Below the pieces are notes generated by a model. The model was not told the origin of the DNA and searched no databases. It saw only the letters and a program-made list of their open reading frames with translations. A DNA stretch of 64,000 nucleotides from Lama guanicoe. Lineage: Eukaryota. The stretch spans positions 372,001 through 436,000 of the forward strand of contig MU053652.1 of the NCBI GenBank assembly GCA_013239625.1, read 5' to 3'. Within the stretch, counting starts at the first letter, position 1. Each line of letters opens with the position of its first letter. The translations under genes were made by a program, and so were the position numbers. Shown here in pieces: positions 27,018 through 41,488 of this stretch.

Positions 27018-27160
27018 GGGGGTAGGGCATAGCTCAAGTGGTAGAGTATATGCTTAACATGCAAGAGGTCCTAGTTCAATCCCCAGTATCTCTTCTAAAA
27101 ACAAACAAACCTAATTACCCCCCCCCAAAAAAAGGAAAAAAAAGGATGAGTTAAAAAAAA
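27018..27160 (+). mobile_element. tRNA-derived SINE, Vic-1 type (camelid)
   Basis: A-box TAGCTCAAGTGG, B-box-like GTTCAATCC and tail AAACCTAATTACCCC. 15-bp TSD AAAA/GCTTCAATAGTA (27003-27017 / 27161-27175, one mismatch). Confidence 0.88.
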
Positions 27161-28434
27161 AAAGCTTCAATAGTAATGAATAATAATGCAAAACTCCAAG
27201 CTTTTCTGAGGATTGACAAGATTAAAAGCTAAAACTTCGTAGATACAAAGGTTTTACTATGTATGTACGGAATAGTCAAGGCTCTAAGTGGCAGAGAAGG
27301 AATTATCAAAAGCACACTGGGTAAGTCATAGATGATTCAGGAAGATGGAGAGTGAGACTTGGAAAGTAAGCGGGAATAAACCAACCTGGGCAGCAGATGG
27401 GATCATGGCCAAAACTGCTCCAGAATCACTCTTCAAGGACAGTTTCATGAAGATTACCACCACCGCTGCTGCTCAACACAGAACACCACATCTTGCCCTG
27501 CAGACTGGATGTTGACTGTGCCAGGGCCACTGCTGCTGCCGCTACCCCAGGTGACTGGAAGTTGCCAGTACTGCCTACACCACATCACAAGACCCTCCAT
27601 CACCTCTACACTCGGGGTCCTGAGCTCCCTGATTAGAGTTTAGAGTAGGTGCATGTGATTGGTCCAGCCCAGGATGGGTCCCCAGAGAGAAAGCAAGCCT
27701 GTCTGGATTTGGTTTTTTTATAATGGAAGGTGGGCTCTGCCTTCCTCCAAGGCCACACTGTGGGGAATTCCCTAAACACAGAAAGAGATTTAGAAGCTAG
27801 GTGGTCAAAAAATGACGAAGGGCAATCATATATCACTATTTTATTTTCCTTTTAAAAAATGACTGGGCTTTCTATGGATAGAAGAAAAAGACATAGCTTC
27901 TTGCTTCTCCTTTCTGAACATATTAAATTCATTTGGAAAAAACATAGCAGCTTCTTAAAATCTATTTTAAGACAATGTCATCAGCCATTGTATTACCACA
28001 CATGTAGGTGTTTCACTGCTACTTTGGGAATTGTGGTTTGCACTTGGAAACAACCCCTCCCTGTGCTGTCTGGTCTAGCCTTCTCCCTGACCTGGACACC
28101 CTCTAATGCTGCTGCCGGGCTGGGTTTGGAGGGCCTACCCTCTTCCTGGCCCTGTCCAGCCCAAGAATGACTGTGATCACTCCTAGACAGGCTTACGTGC
28201 CATGCTAAAATCCATTCTCATGATCTTTTTGGTCTTCTTTTGTTTATCCCCACAGGCCTACGAAACAGTATCTCCTTTCATTTTCCCTCAGGGAAGATAA
28301 AATGGTGAGGATGGGGTGTTCCTAGTTGAAAGGACTTAAAGGAGGTATAACAATTTTTTTTAATAGAGTCTATAAAATCATTGAGGCCGTTGTACATCTT
28401 CCTGAAATACTAACGCGTTACGTTGTCCTGAGCT

Positions 28435-28680
28435 GTACAGCACAGTAGCTGCGATGCAGACAGACCCGGCTTTGAATCACAGCCCTGTCACTTACTAGCA
28501 TAGACCTTGGGTTATTTAATCTTTCAGAGACTCAGTTTTCCCATTTGTAAAATGAAAATGCTAATACTTAAGCACACTAGGTTATTATAAGGATTAAATA
28601 AAATAATGTATGTATAGTACCTAAAAGAGTGCTTTACACAAAGTATTTACTCAACACAGTTGCTATTGGTAATAATAGTA
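28435..28680 (+). mobile_element. MIR SINE
   Basis: TTTGAATCACAGCCCTGTCACTTACTAGC...CTCAGTTTTCCCATTTGTAAAATG...AAGGATTAAATAAAATAATG. Confidence 0.8.
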
Positions 28681-29294
28681 GCAAGAGAAAAATGATAAAA
28701 CGATTTATTTTAAGGAGTTGTTGTTACTACCTCATCTTATTTATACGTGGAAAAATGAAATTTTATGGAAGAATGAGAGATATAAACACTTCACGATGCA
28801 GCATGAAAAGAAAATGGAGAGGTTACAGTTAATCAGATAATCTGGCCTATACTCAGGCATTATATTGAAGCATCAATATTAAAAGACAAAATACAGTAAA
28901 ATATATGTAATGCTAAAACTACTAAATGCAGTAGTATTCTTTGATGGGGGACAGAATCTACCAGTCTCAGGTGCAAAATTCACAAACCCCAATTATCACT
29001 GCATTGAGAACACACAGAAATCCCAGCTAGCACGTTTTTCTTCACACAGATAAATGATCAATAATCAATTCTTATTGCTCCTTTATTTGGTTCTAAATAT
29101 AAATAATATTTCAGGGAAACAGATTAATATGGGAAAGGGAGAAACAAACTTATTGTTCTAAGAAAGGATTAGTCTGATGTAGGAGATTAAGCAAAACTTT
29201 GAAGTTAGGATTTATAATGGAGTGGACAAGACAGATTAGACAGAATAGAAAAAGTTAGTATTAATATTAATTATCTGAGTTAAAAAGAACTGTG

Positions 29295-29453
29295 TTCTGT
29301 ATAGCACAGGGAACTACAGTCATTATCTTGTAGTAACCTTTAATGGAAAAGAATATGAAAACGAATAAATGTATATATATGCATGACTGGGACATTATGC
29401 TGTATACCAGAAATTGACATATTGTAACTAACTATGCTTCAATTAAAAAAAAG
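29295..29453 (+). mobile_element. Very short LINE-1 3'-end insertion
   Basis: CTGTATAGCACAGGGAACT...GAAATTGAC...TTCAATTAAAAAAAA is shared with the other L1 3' UTRs in the window. 11-bp TSD AAAGAACTGTG (29284-29294 / 29454-29464). Confidence 0.88.
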
Positions 29454-31300
29454 AAAGAACTGTGAACATGTATAATGTATAGCTCCTGTTTTTAGGGGTG
29501 AGCCAGCCTTCGTGCCAACAGCAGGACATCGATGTGTGACAGTGAGTCACCTTAGCTAGTACACAGTTCTCCCCATTGTATCTGCCTGGGTGAGCCTCCC
29601 TTTTAAGATAGTTGCCAAAAGGAAATTTCCCTCTCATTCTACAGGTGAACTAGCACAAAGGTATTACCCAAGCAGATCTGCACAGGTCCTATCAGAACAT
29701 AGGGACATGAGGAAAGGAGTTGCAGGTTTTATAGGAAAACTGCATTTTTTTTTTAATTTAAAAAAGGAAAAAGAGCTATTAGAGACTCTTTGGCTTCAGG
29801 GCCCATAATTTAAACATGCCATTGATGAGGAGCCTCAAAATGCCTGAGAGCACAATCTTCCCTCTGCACAACAAAAAGTAAATATTTAAGGCTCATTAGA
29901 GGAACTGGCAAATAGCTGATAGCCAATAGCTAAAAAATTTTAAGGCAGTCAGCTCCCCGGCAGACAGATGCTTCCCTTGTTCAAATGTTAGTTATGTGTC
30001 ATTATCATTTCAATACTTTCATCCCTGGAGAACTAGGAAACCAAGAAAGGATTTAAAAAAAAAAAAAAAGGCAAACTTTCTGACAACTGAAAAAATAAAA
30101 ATTCTCCTATGCTATATAATTAAAGTTAACAGAAACAGACTCACTGCCACATACACAGAGAGGAGAGAAGCTGAAACTTCAAATGACTGATTTATCACAG
30201 CAAGTAATTACTTTATGTTTTTCACAAACATTTGAAACCTATTATTACTTTCACAGCGGCACACATCAACAGAAGACTGTCACCTAAGGGAGAAATGGGG
30301 AACTGGGCTGTAATTAATTTCTGGTCGAATAGATCACGAAGCCTTTAATGTTGTCAATAAAACGCTCTAGCCACTAAAAATCTCCAGCCCTTCCCTCCTG
30401 CCTCTGTCCCAGTACCCCAAAATGTTTAATCAGCGTCTTTGTGAAACTGATTGCCTTAAGGAACCTGAGATGCTGTGTTCAAGCTGGCTGCAAAGTTGAG
30501 GCCATCGATCCAGATCCAATCCCTCCCCGACCCGGGTATCAAGAGAGAGATGTCAGTCAAGAGCTGGCCTCTCCTACCCCCACTTGTTTTTTTCCACATT
30601 TGACTCCATCTCCAAGTGAGGAAAACAGAAGGTGTGCAATTCTTTGGAGAAATTTAAACTTGCAGATGCCAGGCAATGGAAATCATTATAGCAGCGACCG
30701 AAGCCTGTATCTTTAAAGGTTAGAACACAAATATTAAAAGTGCCTCCAGGAAAAAGTGAAATGGCTGATCTGAATAAAACCTTTCCATCAATTGGAAAAC
30801 CACAGCACAGCAAAGAAGATGAACAGCTACAGCAGATCTGACATTTATATTTTTGAGTACCTACATGTTTATTTTTTGAATTACTGTTCAGAGCCTTATG
30901 AGACCTTTATAGGTCATACAAAAAGCGGTAGCCAGCTTCTCTATCTAACTCTCCAGTACATGGGGTGAGCAAATGCTACAACTGTGATCTTAAGCCCAAG
31001 TTTAAGCACAACTCATGGGTTGATTTTATTTACCAGTGACCCACGAGATAAATAAATACTATACAGTTCACCCCCAAACTTACAGGAACACAACTTGACC
31101 CGGCCTCAAAATAATAATGGTGACTCCATAAGCGGTTTTAAATGATGATGTAACTTAATCCATAATAGTGCTTTCAGGTCATTTTTATTTTCACTGCCTG
31201 CAGAAGGGGGAAAAAAGAGGAAGGGGGACTCAAGGAGAATAAGAGACTGAGAGAAAAATGGCCTGTATATCAGAGAGTCTCAAAGAACATGAGGTTAGGT

Positions 31301-31492
31301 CAGCATTTCTCTAAGAGTGTCCAAGAACTACCTCCATAAGGATGCCCTGGGCACCTGTTAAACAAACTGCCAATGCCTGGGCCCTGCTCTCAACTTTCTA
31401 AGTCAGAACTTTTAGGGATGGGATCAGAGAATCCCATCTAAAACAAGTTCCCGAGGAAATTCTTATGTCCTTTAACCTTTGCTAACCACTTG
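31301..31492. mobile_element. MER5-type hAT MITE
   Basis: CAGCATTTCTC...CCTGGGCCC...AGTCAGAAC...AACAAGTTCCC...ATTCTTATG...AACCACT. Confidence 0.6.
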
Positions 31493-31934
31493 GTTAACTG
31501 GCTTGGTGTTTTAAGAGTACAGGTGGAAGCGCTTGGGATTAACGATAGAGATTACCAGTAATGCGATCACGTGCTGGTTCTCATTTGCAGTATAATTCCT
31601 CTTAAGAGCATGGTCTTGGACGTCCAGGGCTATTGCTCCAGGGCAGTTGTGTGGAAAATGGGGAGAACACCAATAAGCAGCACTGCACCTAACGGCTGAG
31701 CAAAATCAGTCCCAACGTATTCCAGCATAAGAGGGGTGTGCAGAGCCCTCCAGTCACACTGCTAACTTAAAGCTACGTACAGCTACTGAGGCCAGAGCTC
31801 GATGCAGACACAACCAGAAGAAATACAGGAAAAGAACATGTCTGAGAACTATTGAAAAATAAAATCATCTTTTAATTAAACAAAGAAAAAACAGAGACCT
31901 AATGTTTACCAAACAACAGCCCTGATTTCACACA

Positions 31935-32160
31935 GTTAAGAACATTTAGAGACTTTGGGGCTGGACTGACCTATGTTTGAATCCTGACTCTCATTATTAT
32001 ATAAACTGGGAATTTACATATTAGCCTCTTTAAGCTCTAGTTTTTTCATGTAGAAAATGGGGTAATAATAGCTACATACAGAGGTTTAGGGAGGATTCAG
32101 TGAACCAATGTAGGTAAAGTAATTCCTATGGTTCATGTTATGGACTGAGTTCAATCGTGC
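31935..32160 (+). mobile_element. MIR SINE
   Basis: TTTGAATCCTGACTCT...AGTTTTTTCATGTAGAAAATGGGGTAATAATAG. Confidence 0.65.
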
Positions 32161-35100
32161 AAAAGTAACAAAATTACTCTCTTATTAAAATGGTAATATA
32201 TCATCATCATCACTGAGAGAGAAATTTAGGCCTCCAGGTGATTTACACTAAAGTCACTTGACTTCTAGATGCTGTCCTTGTTTTAGTGGAAGCGGTTTGG
32301 AGTCAAAAGTCTATAAAGCTAGGTACATGTTTATTTCTTAATAACCTGTCTGTAACTAGCTAAGGATGCTCTCTGAAACATGCATGGAAATTCACATTTA
32401 TCAAACATGCTTTGAAACTCAAATTGCACTCATGAACACCTTAGACTGCTGGCTATCACAGAGAAGTAAAGGAAAGCAAAAATAAAACCCAGAAACACAA
32501 ACCAAACAAAATACAATCATAGTAACTAGTCACAAGAACTTGATGATGAAGTGAGGAGGAAGAACACAGTAATAAAAATAAAGTGTTAACCAATGGGTAC
32601 AAATGAAGAGCCATATGGATATGCTGTGATATTAATTTCAGAGAACAGAAAATCGCGGGGGATAAGAGGGTTATAAAGTGAGAAATCAACAGGGGCTTGA
32701 CTGTTGAGGAGGTTGAGAGAGCAAAAGGGACTGGCTGGGTGCTGACCACTGAGTTCACTGCGGCCCAACGGGATGCCTTTGGCACTGTGGTCATTCTCTC
32801 TTTAGACTGGTAAACGATGTTCAGCAAGGCAGGAGGTAGAATGGAGAGGCCTTTCTGTATAAGCTGGAACAAGAAAGGGGGTGAGGAAGTCTGGTCTTGA
32901 TACGGTTTAGAAGGGACTGTAGCTCTGCTTTTAACACTGGTAATTGTGCCTGTTTCCTACTTTAAAGCATTGAAATTAAACACTCTATCTTTATTTATAA
33001 AACAAGAAAGGTCAGCTTCCAGTCTCAAGTTTTCCCGTAAGAATTCTAATAGAGGTGGTAAATGATCGTTCTTGGGCTTCAGTCACAAAACAAGCTTAAT
33101 GTGTTTCTCAAACAGTGTAGTCTTGGGCTGGCAGAAAAATGGCCTCACAGGGTGAATTAATTTAATTTCCGAACTGTGATGACGACTGAAGTAGTGCAGG
33201 GTATATAAATAGCCCAATTTGATGAGAGATTTTGGACAAGTCACTTCTGATTTCTGTTCCCTGGGATCTTTATTGGAAATAATAACACCTGCCATCTAAG
33301 CTAATCTCTGAATCATTCCAATGCTAGCACACGTGCTACAAAGGGAAGAAGACAATCACTGGCTGCCAATGATCTTGAGGAACCTTCAATTATACATTGG
33401 CATTGTATATGTACAAGGTATGGTGACACTAATTGAGTATAATCAAAAGAAATCTTACTTAATCAGAGCCTCATGCATGAGACAGGTTTATGAGAAATCA
33501 AACACCGATACGGATAGGTGTTATTTGGAGAGTCTTCTAAGTACTCATTGTTCGTTCTGCAGTGCTCTCAGGGGATACGAAGACCAGTAGGTATATTCAC
33601 CTGCCTTCAAAGAGCCCTAATTAAGCAATGAATTATCAATTAATTATTAGAATGCGTGGAACCTACTGTAAGTGCAATAAACACAGCAAAAGGAGATCAG
33701 TAGAAAGTGGTATGGTAAGAAACTGCTATGGTCAGAAACAAAGTCAAGTAAAGGTTTAATTAGGGAGATGTAATACTGTTTAAATCTACTTATAAAGGTA
33801 TTTATGAAAATTTCCTCAGAGATGAAGTCATACAAATTTTTGTTTTGTTATTAAATTTTAATATTTTTTTCTTCCAGGCAGCAAAAAGCTATTCAGCCCA
33901 TTTTATTCCCCAATTTACTTGGGTACCTAGGAAAGTCAGGGCTAGTACTGCATCACCATTAAATTCAAGAGATATAACGGAGTTTTTATTGGCACCATTA
34001 TTACAAGAATCTTGGTAGCAAACTAAGCTGTCCTACAAAATTAATCACAAATCCACATGGTTAATAATCTTGAGCCAAAGCCTGGAGTAAAGGGTACTCA
34101 ACGGGTAAAAGTTAGTAAAGGGATAGGTTACCCCAGAATTCAAAAGATAGTTAAGAGCAATGGTAGAGTAAAGCTGAGGAAAAATGGGAAAATGATGTGG
34201 GGAAAAAAGACATATATATATATATTTTTTTTCAGGAACAAACTTGCTCTTCAAGCAAGGCAGTCAAAGACTATTCTATTTGATAGGTGAGGGCATTTCA
34301 TATTCAGCCAAGTCACTTCTGAAGCTGACTGCAGAAGCAGCACCTGCTCCTGACTCATCAGAGAGCAAGGGATTCAGGAGATCACAGGTCCGTCTGGATG
34401 TCTGTGGGTGTTTCCAGTAGGTGGCGGCATGTCATTGCTAATCCCTATCTATCCAACTATGCCCTGGTCACTCCAAAGAGAAAAACCCATAACCTTTCCT
34501 GCAGAAAATCAAAGTACCGTTCCTGGTACAACAGGTTTGTAGGAATTAAGTCTACCTGAACAGCTTCCTTGGAAGGCATTCAGTACTCTCACCTATGCCA
34601 GAGATCATGCCTGGCCTTGAAAAAAGTACAAGGTCAAGGATAAAGCAGGGGTCCGGACTGATAGACCCAGGTTCCAGGCTGGTTTTGTCACTCAATCTGT
34701 CACTTTGAGGAAAGCAGCTTAAACAGTTTACCTCAAAGAGGAGTTGGAGAAGTTAAAATGAGAAGATGCTTTCATTTACTGAGAAGAAAGATGCTCTGGC
34801 ACCTGTCCCTCTTCAGTGCAGGCAGCACTTTCAGGAGCTGTCCTTTTCCGGCTCTTGCACTGCGGGACCATTCCTTCCCAAAACCATCAGAGGAGATGGT
34901 TCTCCATCTCCTCTAATGGTTTTAAACAACAACCCTATGCTGATGATTCCTTAAACTGATTGTTCAATCCAGACCCCTCCTCCGTTCTCCAAGCTTCTAG
35001 CTCACACATCATGTTGCACATCAGACATCTCCATCTGGAAATCTCACAGGCACTTACACTTATAAATAAGTGTACCCTCCCTCTTTCTGTAGCTTATCTT

Positions 35101-35789
35101 ATTTGGTGGTATGGGGACCCAGACAGACACCCATGTCAGAGAGTAGAGGGTCATCTCTGACTCATTTTTCTTTATCCTCACCATTCAATTACTTTTTAAA
35201 TCCTGCCTATTTTAGCTTGTTCATACTTCTCAATTCTGTCTCCTCCATCCCCACCAGGACTGACCTAGTTCAGGCCCTACACATCTCTCTTGTTATAATC
35301 ACCTTCCAGTTGGTCTGCAAGGCCTCCAGTTTTATTGCCCTCAAGTCTATATCCTATACAGTTGCTGAAATCATCTTTTTAGGATACAAACCTGACCATC
35401 TCACTCCTCTGCTTAAAACCCTGTAGATCACCAACAGAATAAAGTCCAAACACTTTAACCTCATCACTCCACAAATATTTATTGAATGCCAGGTACTGTT
35501 CGTAGCCCTGGGGCTAAAGAAGTAAGAGTCCTTGCCTCCTGGAGCTCACATTCGACGTCCATTTGAGGTTAAGTATCACCTCCTCCAAAAATTCTGCCTT
35601 GATCTGTCTCTCCAGATGGGAGAGGGAAACTCAAATAAAGATATTTCCTTTACAGAGTTTCCCACTCATGTGGGTATAAAACACGGGCTACTTATTTCCT
35701 ATGACATAACATTTAGGGTGTTTAAAGCTGTAAAGTTCAACATTTTAAAAACTGAGGTATAATGGATATAGAACATATTAATTTTTCTT

Positions 35790-37820
35790 TCTTTTAAAAA
35801 ATACTTTATTCAGATGTAATTCACATACCATACTATTTACTTAGTTAAAGCATACAGCTAAATGTCTTTTAGTCAATTCACAAGGTTGTGTAACTGTCAG
35901 CATGATCTACTTTAGAACACTGTCATCACTCCAAAAGGAAACCTTGTACCCATGTCCCCATTTCCTTCCAACCCAACAGCTCTATGGAATCACTATTCTA
36001 CTTTCTATCTCTGTAACTCTGGCTATTTTGGGCATTTCATATGAATATATACAGTCTTCTGTGACTGGCTTCTTTCATTTTACATAGTTTTCGAAGTTCA
36101 TCTATGTTCTATTATATTAGTCCTTTTGTTTTTATAGCTGAATAATATCCATTATATATATGGATTTATCACATTTTATTCATCACTTGATGGCAATCTA
36201 AGCTGTTTCCACTTTTTGGCTGTTATGAATAATGCTCCGATGAACGTCTGTGAACAAACTTTTGTGGAGATGCATGTTTTCCTTTCACTTGGGCATATAC
36301 ATAGGAGTAGAACTGCTAGGTCATATGGTAACTCTACGTTTAACTTTTTGAGGAATTGATGAATTATTTTTCGAAGCAGCTGCACCATTTTATATTCCTA
36401 TCAGCAACATGTGAGCGTTCCAGCTTCTCTACATCCTCTCTAAGAATTTCTATTGTCTGTCTGTTTTATTATAGCAATCCTAGTGGGTAGAATGTGGCAT
36501 CTCATTGTGGCTTTGATTTGTTTCCCTAGTAACAAATAATGTTGAGCATCTTTTCATGTGTGTATTGGCCATCAATATATCTTCTTTGGAGAAATGTCTT
36601 CCTTGTCTATTTTTTAATTAAGATTTTATCTTCTCCTAATAGTTTTAGATTTACAGAAAAGTTGAGAAGATAGAACAGAGATTTCCCATGTAACTTATAC
36701 CCAGATTCCCTATAATTAACATCTTACATTAGCATGGTACAATTATCACAAGTGATGAACCAACATCGATACAACATTACTATTAACTAAAGCCCACAGT
36801 TTATTCACATTTCCTTAGTTTTTACCTAATGTCCTTTCTCTGTTTCAGAATCTCATCTAGGACATCACATTACGTAATTGTCCTGTCTTCTTACGTTCCT
36901 CTTAGCTACAACAGTTTCTCTGATCTTCCTTGTTTTTGATAACTTTGACAATTTTAAGGAGTACTGATCAGGTATTTTGTAGGATCTTCATGAACTGGCA
37001 TCTGTCTGATGTTCTTCCTCTTTATGTTATGGGTTATGGGTTCTGGGGAAGATCACAGAGGTAAAGTGCCACTTTTATCTCCTCTTATCAAGGGTAGAGC
37101 CATCAACATGATTTATGCTGATGTTGGCCTTGATCACCTGGCTGAAATACTATTTGTCACATTTCCCCACTATAAAGTTACTCTTCCATATGTACTCTGA
37201 GGAAGGAAGTCACTATGTGCAACCTACACTTAAGAAGTGGGATGTTAGGCTCCCTTATCTCTAGAGTAACTACATAATCTATCTGGAATGCTTCTGCACA
37301 GATTTGTCTCTTCCTCCTCATTTACTAATGGACTCAATCATTTCTTTATATCCATATATAGTATGGACTTACGGATATTTATTTTCTACTTTGGGTTATA
37401 ATCCAATACTACCTTATTTTGTTGCTCAAATTGTCCCAACTTTGCCATTGGGAGCTCTTTCAGTTGGTTCTTTTGCCTCTTTGACACAAGGTGTATAATT
37501 TTAGGTCTTCCTTACTTTCTGGTACTACAAGATGCTGCAGGCTCATCTCGTATATTTCCTGCTTCATTCCTAGGATCGGCCATTTCCCCCAGGAGCCCTG
37601 CTTCCTTTTACTGAAGAACAGTACTTAGAAACCAGATTGGGGTACTAGGTGTGCTTGTTGCTTCTGGGATGGCTTTACTTAGTCTTTCATTGGGTTATTT
37701 GTTTTTGTATTATTGTTGTAAGAGTTCTTAATATACTCTGGATATAAGTCCCTTATCAGATATATGATAACCAAATATTTTATCCCATCCTATCGGTTGC
37801 CTTTTCACTTTCTTGATTCA
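35790..37820 (-). mobile_element. Old L1MB-like element interrupted (~36610-37675) by an L1MC/L1MD-like 3' end
   Basis: Antisense L1 motifs (GTTGAGCATCTTTTCATGTG, TTTGGAGAAATGTCT) resume at ~37685 after a block starting TTTTAGATTTACAGAAAAGTTG. Confidence 0.75.
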
Positions 37821-38429
37821 ATTTCTTATTGAGTTAAACAAATATGGTGTATTGTATTTCTCCTTATAAACCTATGTCTAAGGGAGGCAGTTCAGGTAAG
37901 ATTTTTTTCTCCTTTGGTCCCTGGGTACCAGTGAGATCTTTCTGTTGTCTTCTGTGGAGTAGGTGTTCCTATGAATGGGCATTATACATAGGAGATACAA
38001 AGCTTCATTGGTCAAGTCAACATATGTAGAACAGCTCCAAAGCTAACCTGGACCTGCCGGAAGAGGGCCTGGGGCTAGAGAGGGATAGGGCACCTAGGAA
38101 CAGAGACTGCCCATTACTAAAAATAAAACTACTTGTTTAGTATCCTTCTAAGAGTGATCACGACTCTGCTTCATCATGGGAAAAGCATGACGAGTACCTA
38201 TGCTGGTAAGAGCAGGGCTTTCTTAGTAGCCATTCAAGGAGAAAAGAGAGGCTGCCAACCTTGGCCTTTTACATTTCATACTAGAATCACTCTAACTGCA
38301 TTTTTGTTTAGCCTGAATGCTTCAGACCCTGTCATGAAATTGGAGTGAGAAGCTTTTCCCAAATACATTTGAAGCTTGTTCCTATACTAGGTAAGTTGTG
38401 TAGGGAAGATAAAGGAATGCAAACCAAAG

Positions 38430-39830
38430 CATCTCAGGCCTCATCAAGTCCACCAGTGGTCAGTTCTCTGTCTTGAGCTAACTGAACCTACCAGCAGCAT
38501 TTGACACAGATGAAGACATCCCCCCCTTAAAATATTTTCCTCACTTCTGGGACACAAACCCCTCCTGGGTATCTTCTTACTTCACTGGCTGCTCCTTTTC
38601 AGGTTCCTTGGCTGGTTCTCCTCTCACTCCAACAACTAAACATGGAGGATTCAAGGGTCAATTCTTGGACAGCCTTTCCTTTTTCTCTATTTGTGTTCTC
38701 ATTGAGATCTCATCTCTCATTCTGTCTCCTGGGTTTAAATATTATCTGTAGGCTGGTGATTCCCAAACTCCTCTTTCTAGCCTACACTTCTTTCCTGAAC
38801 CCTAGACTTGGATATCCAGCTCTCTCCTCTTTACCTCTACATCAGATGTCTAATAGGCATCTCTATATTTCAAAACCCAAACTCTTGATATTTCTTTTCT
38901 ATTTGCCCCTTAGTCCACCTCCCCAAATGAGCCTGCATTTCCCATGGTCTAGTTCATTCTCATCTCAGTAAAGCTCATTCTCATTTCAGTAAATGAAAAC
39001 TCCATTCTTCGAATTGCTCAGAACAAAAACCCCAGAGTCATTTGTTCACTTTCGATCCCTGAGCAAATCCCGTCAACTCTACTTTTAGAATACATCCTCA
39101 CCTGACCATTTCTCATCCTCTCCACTGCTACCATCTTGGTTTGAATCACCAATATCTTCTACCCAGATTATTGCAATAGTTTTCTAACAGAGCCTTCTGT
39201 TTTTGCCCTAGTCTGCAACCTTCCCGCCTCAAGAAGAATGGAAAATTGTCCATTTTCAACTTGGCATCCAGAATTATTCATTTATGAGGTAAGTCAGATT
39301 ATGGCATTCTTCTGCTTCAACCCGTCTGATAGGTCCCTACCTCACTCAAAGTAAAAGCCAATGTCAATACAACAATCTTCAAGATCTCAGCTTCTGAGAT
39401 TAAATCCCTGACCTCTTCTCTTACTCTGTCCCTTGTTCATTCACTTCAACCACACCAGCCTTTCAGCTGTTGTTCACATGCCAGACATACGCCTCTCCCA
39501 GGTCTCTGCTCTGAAAGCCCCCTTCCTGGCATGCTCTTCCCCTAGATAGCCACGTGGCTTGCTCCTACTCTTCCTTTAGGTCTTTCCTCAAATGTTTCCA
39601 TCTCATTAAGGATTTCCACCAACACTCTAAAACTGCAGGCTACCTTCGTCATATCTGGGCACACTCTCTTCTTCTTAGGTCTAATTTTTTACCACTGCCT
39701 GTATCATCATCTGAAATACTTTGTATTTTCCTTATTTATTAGTTTGTCTGTCTTGACCACAGTAATGTAAATTCCACAAAGGCATGATCTACAGAGAAAG
39801 CATACTCAATAAATATTTGTTGAATGAACA
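38430..39830 (+). mobile_element. LINE-2 (L2a-like) 3' portion
   Basis: CAGCAGCATTTGACACA, GATGTCTAATAGGCATCTC and terminal CTCAATAAATATTTGTTGAATGAA. Confidence 0.8.
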
Positions 39831-40467
39831 AACAAAAGGGTGAGGAAGCTTTCTTCTGTGTTAGAACCTTACCATTTCCTGAACCTTAGCTTTCATTTCC
39901 TTATCTTTATCAGATACCAGTCTACAGAGAACCAAAATGACCACAAAATCAAGGAGAGGTAATAGAAGCAACAGGAGAGATAAAGGAGGTAACAGAGGTG
40001 ACTGTAATGGGAGAGACAGATACAAAAGGGAAAAATGGGGTGAGAGAGGGAACGTGGAAGAAAATGCTGGGTTCTGTTTTTTTTTTTTTTTAAATGATGT
40101 GAAGACTGCCAGATCTACGCCAGGGACTTCAGCGCCCATTCAGACTCCTCTGTTATGCACCACCTGGACTCCTGGGTTGCTTCGGTGACTCAGTTCTGGG
40201 GAAGCACAGGACAGCTCAGGGTAAGATCTGATGAAGGCAGCTAAAGAGCACACTCAAAAAGGCCTTCCACTTCCTAGTTAGTCTATGGAGATTTTCCAGG
40301 ACAAAGTTTCTTTTTGAGTCTGAAAATCAGTGGTGGGGTCAAAACCATAGCAGAGATCATTACCATAAGGGAAAGTATCTCTGTAATTCTGGTAATGTTA
40401 TAGGTCATCTTGATCCTTTGCTCACCCAAGATTTATCCCTGTTAGAGATTAAGAGTAAAGGTGTGTA

Positions 40468-41488
40468 AAACCGACAAAGGCTTGATCTCCAGAATATATA
40501 AGCAGCTCATATGACTTAATAAGAAAAAAACAAACAGCCCAATCCAAAAATGGGCAAAAGACCTAAACAAGCAATTATCCAAGGAAGACGTACAAATGAT
40601 CAACAGGCGCATGAAAAAATGCTCAATATCACTAATTATCAAAGAAAAGCAAATCAAAACTACAGTGAGGTATCACCTCACACCAGTCAGAATGGCCATC
40701 ATTCAAAAATCCACAAATGACAAATGCAGGGGAGGCTGTGGAGAAAAGGAAACCCTCCTACATTGCTGGTGGGAATGTAGTTTGGTGCAGCCACTGTGGA
40801 AAACTGTATGGAGATTCCTCAAAAAACTAGGAACAGACTTACCATATGACCCAGGAATTCCACTCCTGGGCATATATCCAGAAGGACCCCTACTCCAAAA
40901 ACGACACCTGCACCCCAATGTTCATAGCAGCACTATTTACAATAGCCAAGACATGGAAGCAGCCTAAATGTCCATCAACAGATGACTGGATAAAGAAGAT
41001 ACGGTATATTTATACAATGGACTACTATTCAGCCATAAAAACGGACAACATAACGCCGTTTGCAGCAACATGGATGGTCCTGGAGAATGTCATTCTAAGT
41101 GAAGTAAGCCAGAAAGAGAAAGAAAAATACCATATGAGATCACTCATATGCAGAATCTAAAAAACCCAAAAACAAACAGACAAACAAAACAAACAAAACA
41201 TAAATACAAAACAGAAACAGACTTACAGACAGAATATAAACTTGTGGTTTCCAAGGGGGCAGAGGGTGGGAAGGGACAGGCTGGGATTTCAAAATGTAGA
41301 ATAGATAAACAAGATTATACTGTATAGCACAGGGAAATATATACAAGATCTTATGGTAGCTCACAGAGAAAAAAATGTGACAATGAATATATATATGTTC
41401 ATGTATAATTGAAAAATTGTGCTCCACACTGGAATTTGACACAACATTGTAAAACTACTATAAATCAATAAAAAATGTTAGAAATAAG
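40468..41488 (+). mobile_element. Relatively young 5'-truncated LINE-1 (ORF2 C-terminus plus 3' UTR)
   Basis: ORF2 C-terminal motifs [16 protein letters not shown] and [14 protein letters not shown], split by one frameshift near 40900; stop at 41160. Perfect 16-bp TSD AGAGTAAAGGTGTGTA (40452-40467 / 41489-41504). Confidence 0.95.

Noticed and set aside
38954..38993. 21-bp-period tandem duplication (TCATTCTCATYTCAGTAAA x2)
   Set aside because: An ordinary slippage duplication inside an old L2.
40596..41160. ORFs of 123 and 104 aa as a possible gene
   Set aside because: They are the frameshifted C-terminus of L1 ORF2 in a 5'-truncated copy.
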